DNA from: a virus
DNA: 46,301 bases
IMG/VR virus record: IMGVR_UViG_3300045988_085846
Location: 1-46,301 of that record
Direction: 5' to 3' (one strand)
A model generated the notes under the pieces. It was not told the origin of the DNA. It saw nothing but the letters and a program-made list of their open reading frames with translations, and made no database searches. Below, piece after piece: positions 8,838 to 18,900 of this stretch; position 1 is the stretch's first letter; each line of letters opens with the position of its first letter. A program made the translations under genes and the position numbers.

Positions 8838-9456
8838 CCCGTTTCGGGCGCTACCGGATCATGTTGAAGTCAACGGGAAGCGGGTACCAATAGACCCAAG
8901 CTTCCGCGTCGGAGTGGCGATAGAGCTAGAGGTATTGAAGGAAGAAAAACCGGACGTTGCCGGTCTTTTATCCCTTTTCTACCGAGGCTCTGTCCCTGCC
9001 GATGTTAAGGCCGCTGTTGATGCCATGCTTGGCTTTTTCCGTGGATACAATCAGGCCGACGGAGAAACAAAACAAGGGGATAAGAAGAAGGGAGGGAGAG
9101 TATACGACTTTGAGCAAGATGCCGAAGCTATCTCTTCCTCCTTCCTTACTTACTACAATATCGACCTTACCAAGGCAGACTTACATTGGTGGGAGTTTCG
9201 CCGCCTGCTGTTCAACCTGCCGCATGAAAGCAATTTTATGCAACGGATTATGTACCGAACGGCGGACTTAAACAAGCTGGACCGGACGCGCCGCAAGCAT
9301 TTCAAGAAAATGCGCGAAATCTACGCTATCAAGGATACCGTAGACCGCAAAAAGCACATGACGGTGGAAGAACGCGACGCCGAATTGTTGGCGCAAATCA
9401 ACAGGAGATACCAGGAGGCAGAGGAATACGTCAAACAGAAGGGGAAAGGTGATTAA
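8827..9456 (+). CDS. Gp15-like tail assembly protein
   Basis: 209 aa; LPDHVEVNGKRVPIDPSFRVGVAIE... resembles the bacteriophage Gp15 family found before tape-measure genes. Confidence 0.5.
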   Translation: MRTNPFRALPDHVEVNGKRVPIDPSFRVGVAIELEVLKEEKPDVAGLLSLFYRGSVPADVKAAVDAMLGFFRGYNQADGETKQGDKKKGGRVYDFEQDAEAISSSFLTYYNIDLTKADLHWWEFRRLLFNLPHESNFMQRIMYRTADLNKLDRTRRKHFKKMREIYAIKDTVDRKKHMTVEERDAELLAQINRRYQEAEEYVKQKGKGD

Positions 9457-9469
9457 GGTGGTGATGTAA

Positions 9470-12400
9470 ATGGCCGATGGTTCTGTCACCATCGAGATTA
9501 ACGGTGATGCTAGTGAAGTAATAAACTCGTTCAAACAAGTTTCATCTGCTGCCGAAGCATTAGCAAACAGCCTAAAGGGTATCACTGGTTCATTTGAGAC
9601 TGTTTCCAGCGCTTCGCGGGGCATGTCAGAGGGTATTTCTGGTTCCCTTGGGGATATTGATACCTATCTTAATGAAATCGACGCCTCACTGAATGAACTG
9701 AACAACGATCCGTTTTCCACGGCGGCGGATGGTGCCCAAAACCTGGGCAATTCGCTGAACGATATGGATTCTTACTTAGATGATCTTGAATCATCGTTCG
9801 ATGAACTGCGAAACGACCCGTTTAGCACAAACTCGGACGGCGCGGACCATCTACGCGAGGACCTGGACAGGTTGAGTGATTCCGCTGATGATGCCGAGGA
9901 GGACCTGGACAGATTAGGTGATGCTGCCGACGATGCCGGGGACCAGATGGATGAAGCTGGTGGCAGTGCTAGTAAATTCAGCGAGATTTTCAAAGGCACC
10001 TTCATGGGCAATCTCGCTGCCAAGGGCGTCGAGTTGGCCGTTGAAGCCGTTAAAAAACTCGGCGAGGCTATGATCGACGTCGGCAAACAGGCCGTCGAAG
10101 CCTACGCTTCTTACGAGCAGAATGTAGGCGGCATTGATACCCTATTTAAAGAAGCCAGCGGCACGATGCAACAGTACGCTGCTAACGCCTACAAAACAGC
10201 CGGGCTTTCTGCCAACCAGTACATGGAGACGGCTACATCGTTCGCCGCGTCTCTGATTTCTGGTCTGGGCGGTGACGTAAATAAGGCGGCAGAGGTAGCA
10301 AACCGAGCTATCACCGACATGTCGGACAATGCAAACAAGATGGGCACCGACATGCAGAGCATACAGGACGCTTACCAAGGTTTTGCTAAGCAAAACTACA
10401 CGATAAATCTAATGTCCGCCGCATAAGTGATTTTGCGGTGAATGTGCGTGAACGTTAATCAGCGGTGTGGGTGCAAAATACGGCAGGAAATGGCCGTTGA
10501 GATGCACTTGCTAACAGGGGAAGCCTAAACCTAAATGGCATGGTAATCCTGTGCGAAGCCCAGAAATGGGAACGTCAAACGACTATGGGCTTGTCACCCA
10601 GTACGGCAACTATTGATACGTTGTTGGAAGTGCGCACCATCTAAATAAAAAGTCCAACCCTTAATGTAAGCTGGATTTTAGATGAAGATATAGTCTAAAC
10701 CCCTAATAAATATCGGGAAACCGAGGGTGTATTTGGTTAGATAACCTAAAACTGGGTAGACAGTGCCATACCATTGCCCAGTATAAACCCTGTGAAAACG
10801 GTGAAACCCCAAACAGATAATGCTGTGGGCAATACCGTGCGAAACGCTAAATTATAGTGAACGTGTAACGACTATCGAAATGACGGGGAAACCCGGAACA
10901 GAGTAGAGTACGCCCAAGCGGGCGGAAGCGCAGGGGGCCGGAAACGGTCAAGATATAGTCTGACCTGCATGGAAACATGCAGCAGCCGAAAGGCGGGTAC
11001 AGCCTTGCAAACTGTACTGAACTTACTTGTATGGCGGCACACAATCAGAAATGATTCGCCTAATCAATGATTCAGGCGTCCTTGGCGAAAAAATCAGCAG
11101 CCTGGATAATGTGTCATTTGCGACAATGATCGAGGCTATCCACGAGGTACAAAACAACCTAGGAATCACTGGCACCACGGCGAAGGAAGCAGCTACCACC
11201 ATCGAGGGTAGCGTAAGCTCCATGAAGGGTGCCTGGGAAAACTGGCTCGTCGGGCTGGCAAGCCCGGATGCAGACCTTGGTGCTCTTACACAGAACCTAG
11301 TCCAGAGCGTTGTTACAGTCGTTCAAAACGTCGGGCCGACCATCGGACGGATTCTTAGCAATTTGGGAAGCCTCATCCTGGATGGTCTGAGCAATCTATT
11401 TCCTGACGTTGCAGGCTGGATTTCTGGCCCCATTGAAGGTGTGAAATCGGCATTTTCCACATTAGGAGAAGCCATAGGCAAGGTTTTTACACCAGAACGA
11501 ACGGCGGTAATCAGTGAGTTTTTCCAGAAATTTACCGAAATTGCGGCAACGGTAGCTATCACAGCTCTCAGTGCTGCCCTTGAATTTTTGGCAAACGTAA
11601 TTACCGCCGTTGTAACGGTAATTGGTGCGCTGATTACATTTTTCAGCACCACCTTACCCAATGCAATCCAAACGGTAATCACCTGGTTCCAGAATCTACC
11701 GGATGCCATTTTTAACGCACTGACATCGGCAGGGACAGCTATTCGCAACTGGGGCACCTCAGCGAAGGAAGCGCTGGTAAACGCTGTGACCAACGCTATC
11801 AATGCAGTTGTTACATGGTTTTCCGGGCTGGCAAGCAAAATTACCAGTGCTTTAACGGCGGCTGGTGCTGCTATCCGCAACTGGGGCAACAACGTTAAGC
11901 AAACGATGGTGAACGCCGTAACCAATGCGGTTAATGCGGTGGTTACGTGGTTCCAGAATCTCGCTGGTAAAATCACCGGCGCACTGACTGCGGCTGGTGC
12001 TGCTGTTCGCAGCTGGGGATCGCAGATGATAGCCAATATGCGGCAGGCGGCAAGCAATGCTGTCAACGCGGTTATCACCTTCTTCTCGTCCCTTCCCGGC
12101 AAAATCAAAAGCGCTTTAGCAGGCGCTCTTTCCGCCCTGATTAGTTGGGGTTCCCAGATGGCAGCGCAGGCCAGGGCCAAAATGGTGCAGGTTGGCAACA
12201 ACATCAAATCAACGCTTTCTTCGCTGCCTGGACAATTGAAATCCATCGGTGTCAACATCATCCAGGGCTTAATCAATGGTATTTCCAGCAAGATCAGCGC
12301 GGCTATTGGCAAAATCAAAAGCTTTGCCGGGCAAATCAAGGGTGCTTTTACCAGCCTTTTAGGGATTCATTCGCCGTCCAAGGTATTCTACGAATATGGT

Positions 12401-13567
12401 GAAAATATCGTTCAGGGCCTTGCAAACGGAATAAACCAAGCGTTAAATCTGGCTCGACGTGCTGCATCCAACGTGGCGGATGTTGTGACGAAAGAAGTCG
12501 AAAAACTAAACGCCGAAATTGAAAAAATTGAAGCGGATGCCAACGAACGCGCCGCCGCCAAGGAATTAGCGGAATACAAGAAAAGCCTCAAGGAAAAAAA
12601 TGACGAACTTGCCAAAGCTGCCAAAAAAGACCAAGCCAAGATTCAGGAAGAAATCGCCAAACTAAATGAAGATTGGAATGAAAAGCAGCTTCAAAAGCAA
12701 GAAACAGCCCAGAAGGAAGCTCTTAAATCCCAAATTACAGCGCTGGAAAAGCTGAAAAGCGAGTACGACAAGCGAGTTGATGAAATCGAGAAGCAAATTG
12801 AACAGATGGAGAACGAACGCGACAGCTTTGGCAAAAAACTAGCTGACGTTGAATTGTTCACAGAGGAAGATGATTTCTTCCAACTGACCAATTTGCAAAA
12901 AAGTATCGACGCAATCAACAAGTACGGAGATACAGTGGAAGCCCTTAGGGAACGTGGAATCGGCGATGACCTGATGGATGAAATCCTTGGGATGGATCAG
13001 GAAAAGGCCCAAAAATACATGGATGCTCTCTTGAAAATGGGTGATGAGCAGTGGGAAAACTACCTTGCCCTGTGGAATGAAAAGCAAGAGGCATCTAAAC
13101 GTGTTGCGGCCAATGTGTACGGCAATATCGAACTAATCAGCGATAGCCTTTGGGATGAATTGCGCGACGAATTTGGAGATGTTGGCCTTGAATCTATGGA
13201 AAACTTCGCCGATGGCCTGGAAGACGGCGGAGATCAAGCTGTGGAGCAGGCCCAGGAAATTGTTAAGGACATTCAAGCCGAGCTGGACAAAATTGGAGCA
13301 GAGGATGTTGTTATCCGTGTGGTATACGACGAAGCAAACCGAAATTCTTGGGAATTGACCGAATCCAGCAACAACAAGAACGACAAGGTTTCTGTTGAAC
13401 GTGGTACCGACTATAACGACCTAATAAATGCTATCAGGCTGGCAAATGGCGCAGAGTACAACAACAAGGAAATCGTGCTGAACCTGAACGGCAGAGAGGT
13501 TGCCCGCGGCCTGATTGATGATATCCGGGCTGTGGAAGACCAAAGCCCACGCATTGTAAGCGATTAA
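9470..13567 (+). CDS. tail tape measure protein, three exons: 9470-10404, 10736-10757, 11030-13567 (1164 aa after splicing)
   Basis: ORFs 9470-10426 and 11027-13567 carry the two halves of the TMP core; joining the exons gives ...FAKQNYT-MLDNLKLG-YGGTQSEMIRL...EAIHEVQNNLGITGTTAKEA..., the conserved TP901-type core motif. Confidence 0.85.
10405..10735 (+). ncRNA. group I intron 1 in the tape measure gene (331 nt, no ORF)
   Basis: 5' exon ends in U (10404), intron ends in G (10735); P7-type strands aacgactat (10578-10586) and agatatagtct (10686-10696); P4/P6-like ctaacaggggaagcc...aatcctgtgc; P1 only weakly identifiable. Confidence 0.7.
10736..10757 (+). CDS. 22-nt micro-exon of the tape measure gene (g tta gat aac cta aaa ctg ggt = (M)LDNLKLG)
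   Basis: Completes codon at|g = Met with exon 1 and joins in frame to tat ggc ggc (YGG) at 11030; encodes exactly the missing conserved residues. Confidence 0.8.
10758..11029 (+). ncRNA. group I intron 2 in the tape measure gene (272 nt, no ORF; T4 td/IA2-like 3' core)
   Basis: IGS gcccagt (10776-10782) pairs with the last 7 nt of the micro-exon actgggt (G-U at the splice site); gccata (10765-10770) pairs with tatggc of exon 3 (P10); aacgactat 10867-10875 and agatatagtct 10951-10961; GAAA-capped hairpin 10965-10982; terminal G 11029. Confidence 0.85.
11660..12170 (+). repeat. about four tandem ~37-aa repeats inside the tape measure protein
   Basis: NA(V/I)xxV(V/I)TWFxxLxxKITxALTAAGAA(I/V)RxWG repeated in the translation; usual TMP length-ruler repeats. 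Confidence 0.7.
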
Positions 13568-13579
13568 GGGGGTGGGAAA

Positions 13580-13975
13580 ATGAATGAAGATACTGGCAAC
13601 ATGTTCCTCTCTATTGATGGAATCGAAGTCGAAGATTTGGAAGAGGGGGACTACACCGCCTATGAGGAAGAGTTGGGCGTCTCAGAGCGCATGATTTCCG
13701 GGCTGCGTATCGAAGAGGTTCGCGCCACCATCTGGCACGTGGAACTGGAATGGTCCGCAATCGACTATGCCACAATGCAGCGGATTGCAGAGGCTATGAA
13801 AGCTAGGCGTCGGCATCAGCTCTTTTTCCTGCCCTCTACCGGCGGGAAGGAACTGGTGCAGGGGTGGTTCCACCTGGTAGAGCAGCCCCAACCCACGCTC
13901 ACCCGCTGGGGAGACGCTGGACCCACCTGGGGCGGGTACAAACTGGTGTTCGAGGAGATTGACGGCCATGATTAA
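13580..13975 (+). CDS. tail component at the distal-tail position (hypothetical)
   Basis: 131 aa, SD aaggggg upstream, directly after the TMP gene. Confidence 0.4.
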   Translation: MNEDTGNMFLSIDGIEVEDLEEGDYTAYEEELGVSERMISGLRIEEVRATIWHVELEWSAIDYATMQRIAEAMKARRRHQLFFLPSTGGKELVQGWFHLVEQPQPTLTRWGDAGPTWGGYKLVFEEIDGHD

Positions 13976-16148
13976 ACACAGCGCAGAATACGATGCCGCC
14001 GTCGTGGCTGATTCCAGAAAACAGCTAGTCCGGGCAGTGTTCGATCTGGTAGACCCGGATGCAACCATCAACAGCGTCACTCCCGATGAAGAAGGGCCTA
14101 TCTCCAACTCAGCCCAGGTGGCTAATCGTGGCAACGATGAAAGCCCGGATACCATAGCAACGCTGGAACTGAATCGCTGGGTACTGGATGGTAGCTTTAC
14201 CATCCGGCCCAGCGACCCGGCGGATAGACGGGGACAGATTGGTTGGGAAGGGGAGACCCTATCAGGCCAGGATGGAAGCTTTTCCGAACCCTATCCCTAT
14301 ATCGAAATCGCAGTGTCCAACATAGAGATTTTACAGGCCGTCACAACGCAGTTTTCCAGCAAGTCAGCGGACGGATACCCAACCGAGTTTGAAATCCACG
14401 TCTGGAGCGGCGATAACCTTCTGTATACCAGGGCTGTGACGAACAACCGAGATACCAGCGTAGTGATTGATGGATTCACGGTGAACTATCCCACACGGGC
14501 GCGGCTGACTATCAAGAAGTGGTCCCTACCTAACCGTGTTGTCCGGGTTCTACGCCTGCTGTTCGGGCTGTATGAAACATGGGATACGAAGGTTCTGCAA
14601 TCCGTCGACATTCTAACGGAAGTGACGTTTTCCGGGCTGAAAATCCCGTATTCGACTTGTGACATTCGGGTAGAAAACAAAGACCATCGTTTCGACCCCT
14701 ACGCTCCCAACACGATCTTTACATCAATCGAAGATCGGCAAAGAATCGTGGTGGAGCTGGGCCTATACCTGGAAGACGGGACAGTAGAATGGTTGCCGGG
14801 TGGTACCTACTACCAACAAAGCGCAGGTTGGAAGCTGCAAGACCTCACCGTTGAATGGTCCCTTGTGGACGTTATCGGAGCGCTGACCAAGAGGAATTTC
14901 ATCGTCCCCGAAACCCTACCAACAAAAGTATCCGGCTGGGTAGAGGCTATTATGGCAAGCCTGGGCGCGAATTTCCGCACAAACTACATCGTGGAAGACA
15001 CTGTAAAGGATATTTCCATTACAGCCACGAAGGACGATATCAAGGATAAAAAATGCGGCGAAATGCTACGCTTCTTGTGCATGGCAATCAACGCATGGCC
15101 CCGGCAGGATTTTGCGACCGGTTACTTGCGTGTCGGAAAGTTGGCCCAGGATGAAGGGAACCGAATTACCCTAGATAACATGTACGAATACCCGGAAATG
15201 TCGGCAAACGATGATATAGCAGATATTACGTTTAAGTTGGACAACAACAACGAAGTCACGTTTTCCGGGAATAACACCGAATCCGAGGTATCCCTGAGTG
15301 TCGATAACCCGTTTATCCACACAGAAGCGGATGCCAGAAAGGCGGTTATATCCTGCCTGTTCGAGTACGGCGGACGTTCGTTCAGCGTGAAAAGTCGGGG
15401 CAATCCATCCAGCGAATGCGGCGATATCCAGGCTGTTGATACGCAATTCAAAAGCACGATTTCCGCCCGACTGTACAAACAGCAGCTTACCCTAGAAGAT
15501 GGCGTTATGCGTTCCAGCCCGTCCGAACTGGTGCAGTCTCCCAATGATTCCATGTATCAGAACAAAATCATTCTCACTGGTTCCGGTACCTGGACAGCAC
15601 CTCAAGCCGGTGCAATCAAACTTACGCTGATTGGCGGCGGCAACGGCGGCATGGGCGGCGGTGGCGGCAATATGCTGTGGGGTGATTCGTTCGACCCGAA
15701 GGACAACGACGGCGGCATCGGTGGCAATGGCGGCAAGGTATTCATTATCGAAACAACCGCCACCAAAAACCAGGCATATACCTACGCTTGTGGTGCAGCT
15801 GGTACCGGCGGCGCTGGTGGTGCAAAGGGACAGGATGGTACCAAGGGAACGGACGGCGGCGCTACCACATTCGGTGTGTTCACGTCCGCGAATGGCAAAA
15901 TCTACACCTCTGGTTTGATGGACATTCAAAGCGGCGCTGTGTACGCTCAGAAGGGTGCTGACTACGCCGGTACAATCACCGGCCTGGAAGGTTCGGGCGG
16001 CGCAGGCGGCAAGCAGGGACGCAATGGTAAATATGCCCAGCGCAAAGACAAAGAAACCGGCATGTATCATACCTATGTAGCCGCAAGAGCCACGGAGGGC
16101 ACAGCCGGGGAGAACGGAAAGCCTGGGTGTGTAATAGTAGAGTGGTAG
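13968..16148 (+). CDS. tail tip / baseplate protein with a C-terminal glycine-rich domain
   Basis: 726 aa from the ATG overlapping the upstream stop; C-terminus GGGNGGMGGGGGN...GGIGGNGGKV...GAAGTGGAGGAKGQDGTKGTDGG typical of phage fibre glycine-rich domains. Confidence 0.6.
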   Translation: MIKHSAEYDAAVVADSRKQLVRAVFDLVDPDATINSVTPDEEGPISNSAQVANRGNDESPDTIATLELNRWVLDGSFTIRPSDPADRRGQIGWEGETLSGQDGSFSEPYPYIEIAVSNIEILQAVTTQFSSKSADGYPTEFEIHVWSGDNLLYTRAVTNNRDTSVVIDGFTVNYPTRARLTIKKWSLPNRVVRVLRLLFGLYETWDTKVLQSVDILTEVTFSGLKIPYSTCDIRVENKDHRFDPYAPNTIFTSIEDRQRIVVELGLYLEDGTVEWLPGGTYYQQSAGWKLQDLTVEWSLVDVIGALTKRNFIVPETLPTKVSGWVEAIMASLGANFRTNYIVEDTVKDISITATKDDIKDKKCGEMLRFLCMAINAWPRQDFATGYLRVGKLAQDEGNRITLDNMYEYPEMSANDDIADITFKLDNNNEVTFSGNNTESEVSLSVDNPFIHTEADARKAVISCLFEYGGRSFSVKSRGNPSSECGDIQAVDTQFKSTISARLYKQQLTLEDGVMRSSPSELVQSPNDSMYQNKIILTGSGTWTAPQAGAIKLTLIGGGNGGMGGGGGNMLWGDSFDPKDNDGGIGGNGGKVFIIETTATKNQAYTYACGAAGTGGAGGAKGQDGTKGTDGGATTFGVFTSANGKIYTSGLMDIQSGAVYAQKGADYAGTITGLEGSGGAGGKQGRNGKYAQRKDKETGMYHTYVAARATEGTAGENGKPGCVIVEW

Positions 16149-16156
16149 GTGATTCA

Positions 16157-16672
16157 ATGGGTGTAAAGTATTCCTCAATTACAGAAAACGGTAGTGTTAT
16201 CGACGCCCTAATCACGGATCGCACAGCGTCGGATGTTTCCGAAGCCGTTAGTTTGGCCCAGAAAATCAGCACCGGAAACGCAACGGAAGCGGAAATTACC
16301 GAGTTTCTGACCGTGATGAAGGGGAGTTACAACTATACAGATATGAATCGTGTCGGCCAGGCAGTGGCTTACCTCCGGGACAGATTGCGGGATGATGCAG
16401 GTACCTCTGTTGAGGTAGCCCCTAAAACAGACTGGGCCAATGGCGATATCCCAACCCCGGAGCAGGCGGCGCAGTATATCAGCGATGTAAAAAACATCCG
16501 TGCGGCGTTCATCCTGCCGGAGAACACACCACCGGCTCCCGAATCCCTGTCCAACCTAACCTATTCCCAGGCGAACGATATCGAAACGATATTCCAAAAC
16601 CTGGACAAAACAATCGAATCGCTGAAAATCACACTGATAACCAGTGGTGAAGTTTTCAGCGGGGAGGTGTAA
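16157..16672 (+). CDS. tail fibre-associated protein (hypothetical)
   Basis: 171 aa from ATG 16157; synteny between the tail tip and fibre genes. Confidence 0.45.
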   Translation: MGVKYSSITENGSVIDALITDRTASDVSEAVSLAQKISTGNATEAEITEFLTVMKGSYNYTDMNRVGQAVAYLRDRLRDDAGTSVEVAPKTDWANGDIPTPEQAAQYISDVKNIRAAFILPENTPPAPESLSNLTYSQANDIETIFQNLDKTIESLKITLITSGEVFSGEV

Positions 16673-16673
16673 C

Positions 16674-18119
16674 ATGATTGATTCTGTATTAAAGGGGACT
16701 GGTAACAGCCGATTTCTGAAAAGCGCAGTACCCGCCGGAACTAGCTGGGCAGATGCCCTGGCAATGCTCCAGGCCGGTACATTCCCCATTGATTTCAATG
16801 GTATCAACACCGAAGGGTTCCAACAGGTAGGAACGCCTCTGAACAAGGCCAACCTGTTAAAAGACGCAACCGCCGCTCAGATCGGCCTCCCCCCCTCCAC
16901 CACCCCCGACGGCATGTTTCAGGCGTTGGGGAATACGGGGGAGTTGCATGTTTGGAGGAAGACGGTGAAGAACGCGGCGGATGTACCGGCGGGGTATACG
17001 CTTGGCGAAGTGCAGAACGTAACTAAATATCCTATCACAGATATTAGATATTCCGATCCCAACCATGTTGTAAAGGCGTATAGTAAAGTTAACGTTGATG
17101 ATTCTGGTAACGTAACTGTCGATGAATCTGATTATGTGAATTTTTACAAGGATTATGATTGCACTACAATGCTTGGGAAGTTCATACAGGTGTATTCGAG
17201 TGATCCTATTCTGTTCATTCCGTCCGATGCTACTGTCACGTTTGACTCGGAACAGGTCGGGTCCGGTTTTGTTCAGAATTATTACACGAACAAATACCAG
17301 ATTGTCACCGGCTACCCCCTAACCCCCGCCGGAACAACCACCACCTACCCTGTCTCAACCAACCCCAATGCGTATCAAGAGGGCGATGATGCGAAGGCGG
17401 CGGGGTATACGTTGGGGGAGGTGGTGACTGGGGATTTCATCCTCGGACAGGCTAATGCTTCTGATGCGTATCTATTTTATAAATCTTCTTCACCAACTGT
17501 TTCTGACGATGGAACCATCGAATTTGACAAAAGCAATTATATCCAAATTGGATATGCTGTAAATTGGACGACATCCGTATTACAAGAGACTATTCGCGGG
17601 CAATTTTTGCAACGCGGAAACTATATGAACGTACTGCCTAGTTACGTCCCCGCTGGTACGATATATATTCCCAATGACGCCGTTGTTACGCGGTCTAACG
17701 ACAATTACATCGTCTCCAAATACCAACCCGTCACCGGCTACGCCGCTATCCCAGCTGGAACCACTATCGAATACCTGGGAAAGCTGGGGGATAAAGCGAG
17801 GGTGCAGATGGTCTCCTATGTCGGTACTGGTACCTATGGGAGCAGTAACCCGAACTCGCTGACGTTTGATTTCGCGCCGAAGTTGGTGATTGTTGCATTA
17901 TCAAAAGATAAAGACAACAATCCTAATGTCATTCCGGAGCCATATGAAGGATGGAGGAATATGTTCTTGTGGATATACGGAATGAAAGTTACGGGCACTT
18001 CTAGTGCAGATATTTATTTTATCAATGATGGAAAAAATTTTTCGTGGTACGCTACTAATTATGCTAGTAATCAATGTAACGAATCCGGATCGAAATACAC
18101 CGCCATTGCTATCGGCTAA
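16674..18119 (+). CDS. tail fibre / receptor-binding protein with an internal duplication
   Basis: 481 aa from ATG 16674 (SD ggggagg); AGYTLGEV and YQ(I/P)VTGY...PAGTT motifs each occur twice. Confidence 0.55.
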   Translation: MIDSVLKGTGNSRFLKSAVPAGTSWADALAMLQAGTFPIDFNGINTEGFQQVGTPLNKANLLKDATAAQIGLPPSTTPDGMFQALGNTGELHVWRKTVKNAADVPAGYTLGEVQNVTKYPITDIRYSDPNHVVKAYSKVNVDDSGNVTVDESDYVNFYKDYDCTTMLGKFIQVYSSDPILFIPSDATVTFDSEQVGSGFVQNYYTNKYQIVTGYPLTPAGTTTTYPVSTNPNAYQEGDDAKAAGYTLGEVVTGDFILGQANASDAYLFYKSSSPTVSDDGTIEFDKSNYIQIGYAVNWTTSVLQETIRGQFLQRGNYMNVLPSYVPAGTIYIPNDAVVTRSNDNYIVSKYQPVTGYAAIPAGTTIEYLGKLGDKARVQMVSYVGTGTYGSSNPNSLTFDFAPKLVIVALSKDKDNNPNVIPEPYEGWRNMFLWIYGMKVTGTSSADIYFINDGKNFSWYATNYASNQCNESGSKYTAIAIG

Positions 18120-18134
18120 GAAGGGAGGAAATTC

Positions 18135-18416
18135 ATGTACTACATCAACACCCAAGGCCCAAACCACGGCAACCCAACCTCCACCCCCTTCCCCAACTCC
18201 GTCTCCCTCCCCGACACCCTGCTGATGGACTACATCAACACCAAGGGGTTCTGCAACATCACCGTAGAGGGCGGCGTAGTTACGGCGCTGGTGGTGGATC
18301 AGGAGGCGCTGGACGCCTACAACGCAGAGCACCCGGATGTGGAGCCGGAGAAGCCGGTGACTGTTGAGGAGCTGTTAGCGGCTCTGCTCGGAGAGGAGGC
18401 GAACAAAAATGGATAA
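18135..18416 (+). CDS. hypothetical tail-module protein
   Basis: 93 aa, SD aagggagg upstream. Confidence 0.45.
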   Translation: MYYINTQGPNHGNPTSTPFPNSVSLPDTLLMDYINTKGFCNITVEGGVVTALVVDQEALDAYNAEHPDVEPEKPVTVEELLAALLGEEANKNG

Positions 18417-18846
18417 ACTGCAAGCGGTTCGGGAGCTGAGACGGGCTATTCAGCTTTTCCTATCCACGTTGGACCCGGAGGAACACGTTGAGACCCTGCT
18501 AGAGGTACCGACCGTGTTTCCGGCCTACGAGGTAGGCCACGCCTACAAAATCAAGGATGTGTTTTCCTACGGCACCAACGCCGTAGGAGACCCCCAACTT
18601 TACCAGGTATTGCAGGCCCACACATCCGCTGAACAGTGGCCCCCTGATACGGCAACCAGCCTGTATAAAAAGATCGGGGTAACATCCGGCGGCTATCCTG
18701 AGTGGGTTCAGCCGTTGGGCGCTACTGATGCCTACAGCAAGGGCGATATTGTTAGCTATAAGGGCAAGCTGTACCGTTCAATTATCGACAGCAACGTTTG
18801 GGCACCGGATGCCTACCCGGCTGGGTGGGAAGCCTACCAGGAATAA
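18409..18846 (+). CDS. carbohydrate-binding (CBM5/12-like) protein
   Basis: C-terminus YSKGDIVSYKGKLYRSIIDSNVWAPDAYPAGWEAY matches the Y.GD.V.Y.G..Y......N.W.P...P..W chitin-binding-type motif. Confidence 0.5.
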   Translation: MDKLQAVRELRRAIQLFLSTLDPEEHVETLLEVPTVFPAYEVGHAYKIKDVFSYGTNAVGDPQLYQVLQAHTSAEQWPPDTATSLYKKIGVTSGGYPEWVQPLGATDAYSKGDIVSYKGKLYRSIIDSNVWAPDAYPAGWEAYQE

Positions 18847-18851
18847 ACAAA

Positions 18852-18873
18852 GGCCCCCGTTCATTCGGGGGCC
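18852..18873 (+). terminator. GC-rich hairpin after the tail module (possible terminator)
   Basis: ggcccccg-ttcatt-cgggggcc 6 nt after the stop; no clear T-run on the + strand. Confidence 0.4.
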
Positions 18874-18900
18874 AAACTTAAAGAAATGAGGTGCCATTAT

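Noticed and set aside
8406-9456. Programmed -1 frameshift between the two chaperone-position genes
   Set aside because: No XXXYYYZ slippery heptamer is seen near the 8827-8837 overlap. The second ORF has its own start and resembles an independent Gp15-type protein.
10427-11026. Tape-measure gene as a pseudogene, a frameshift/assembly error, or two separate genes with a 600-bp spacer
   Set aside because: The spacer contains two full sets of group I core motifs and a 22-nt island. That island restores the conserved MLDNLKLG residues exactly and in frame, with U/G splice-site rules obeyed at all four junctions. A random spacer would not do this.
16900-17800. Diversity-generating retroelement or CRISPR-type repeats
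   Set aside because: The repeats are in-frame protein module duplications. No reverse transcriptase, template repeat, or regularly spaced repeat-spacer array exists anywhere in the window.
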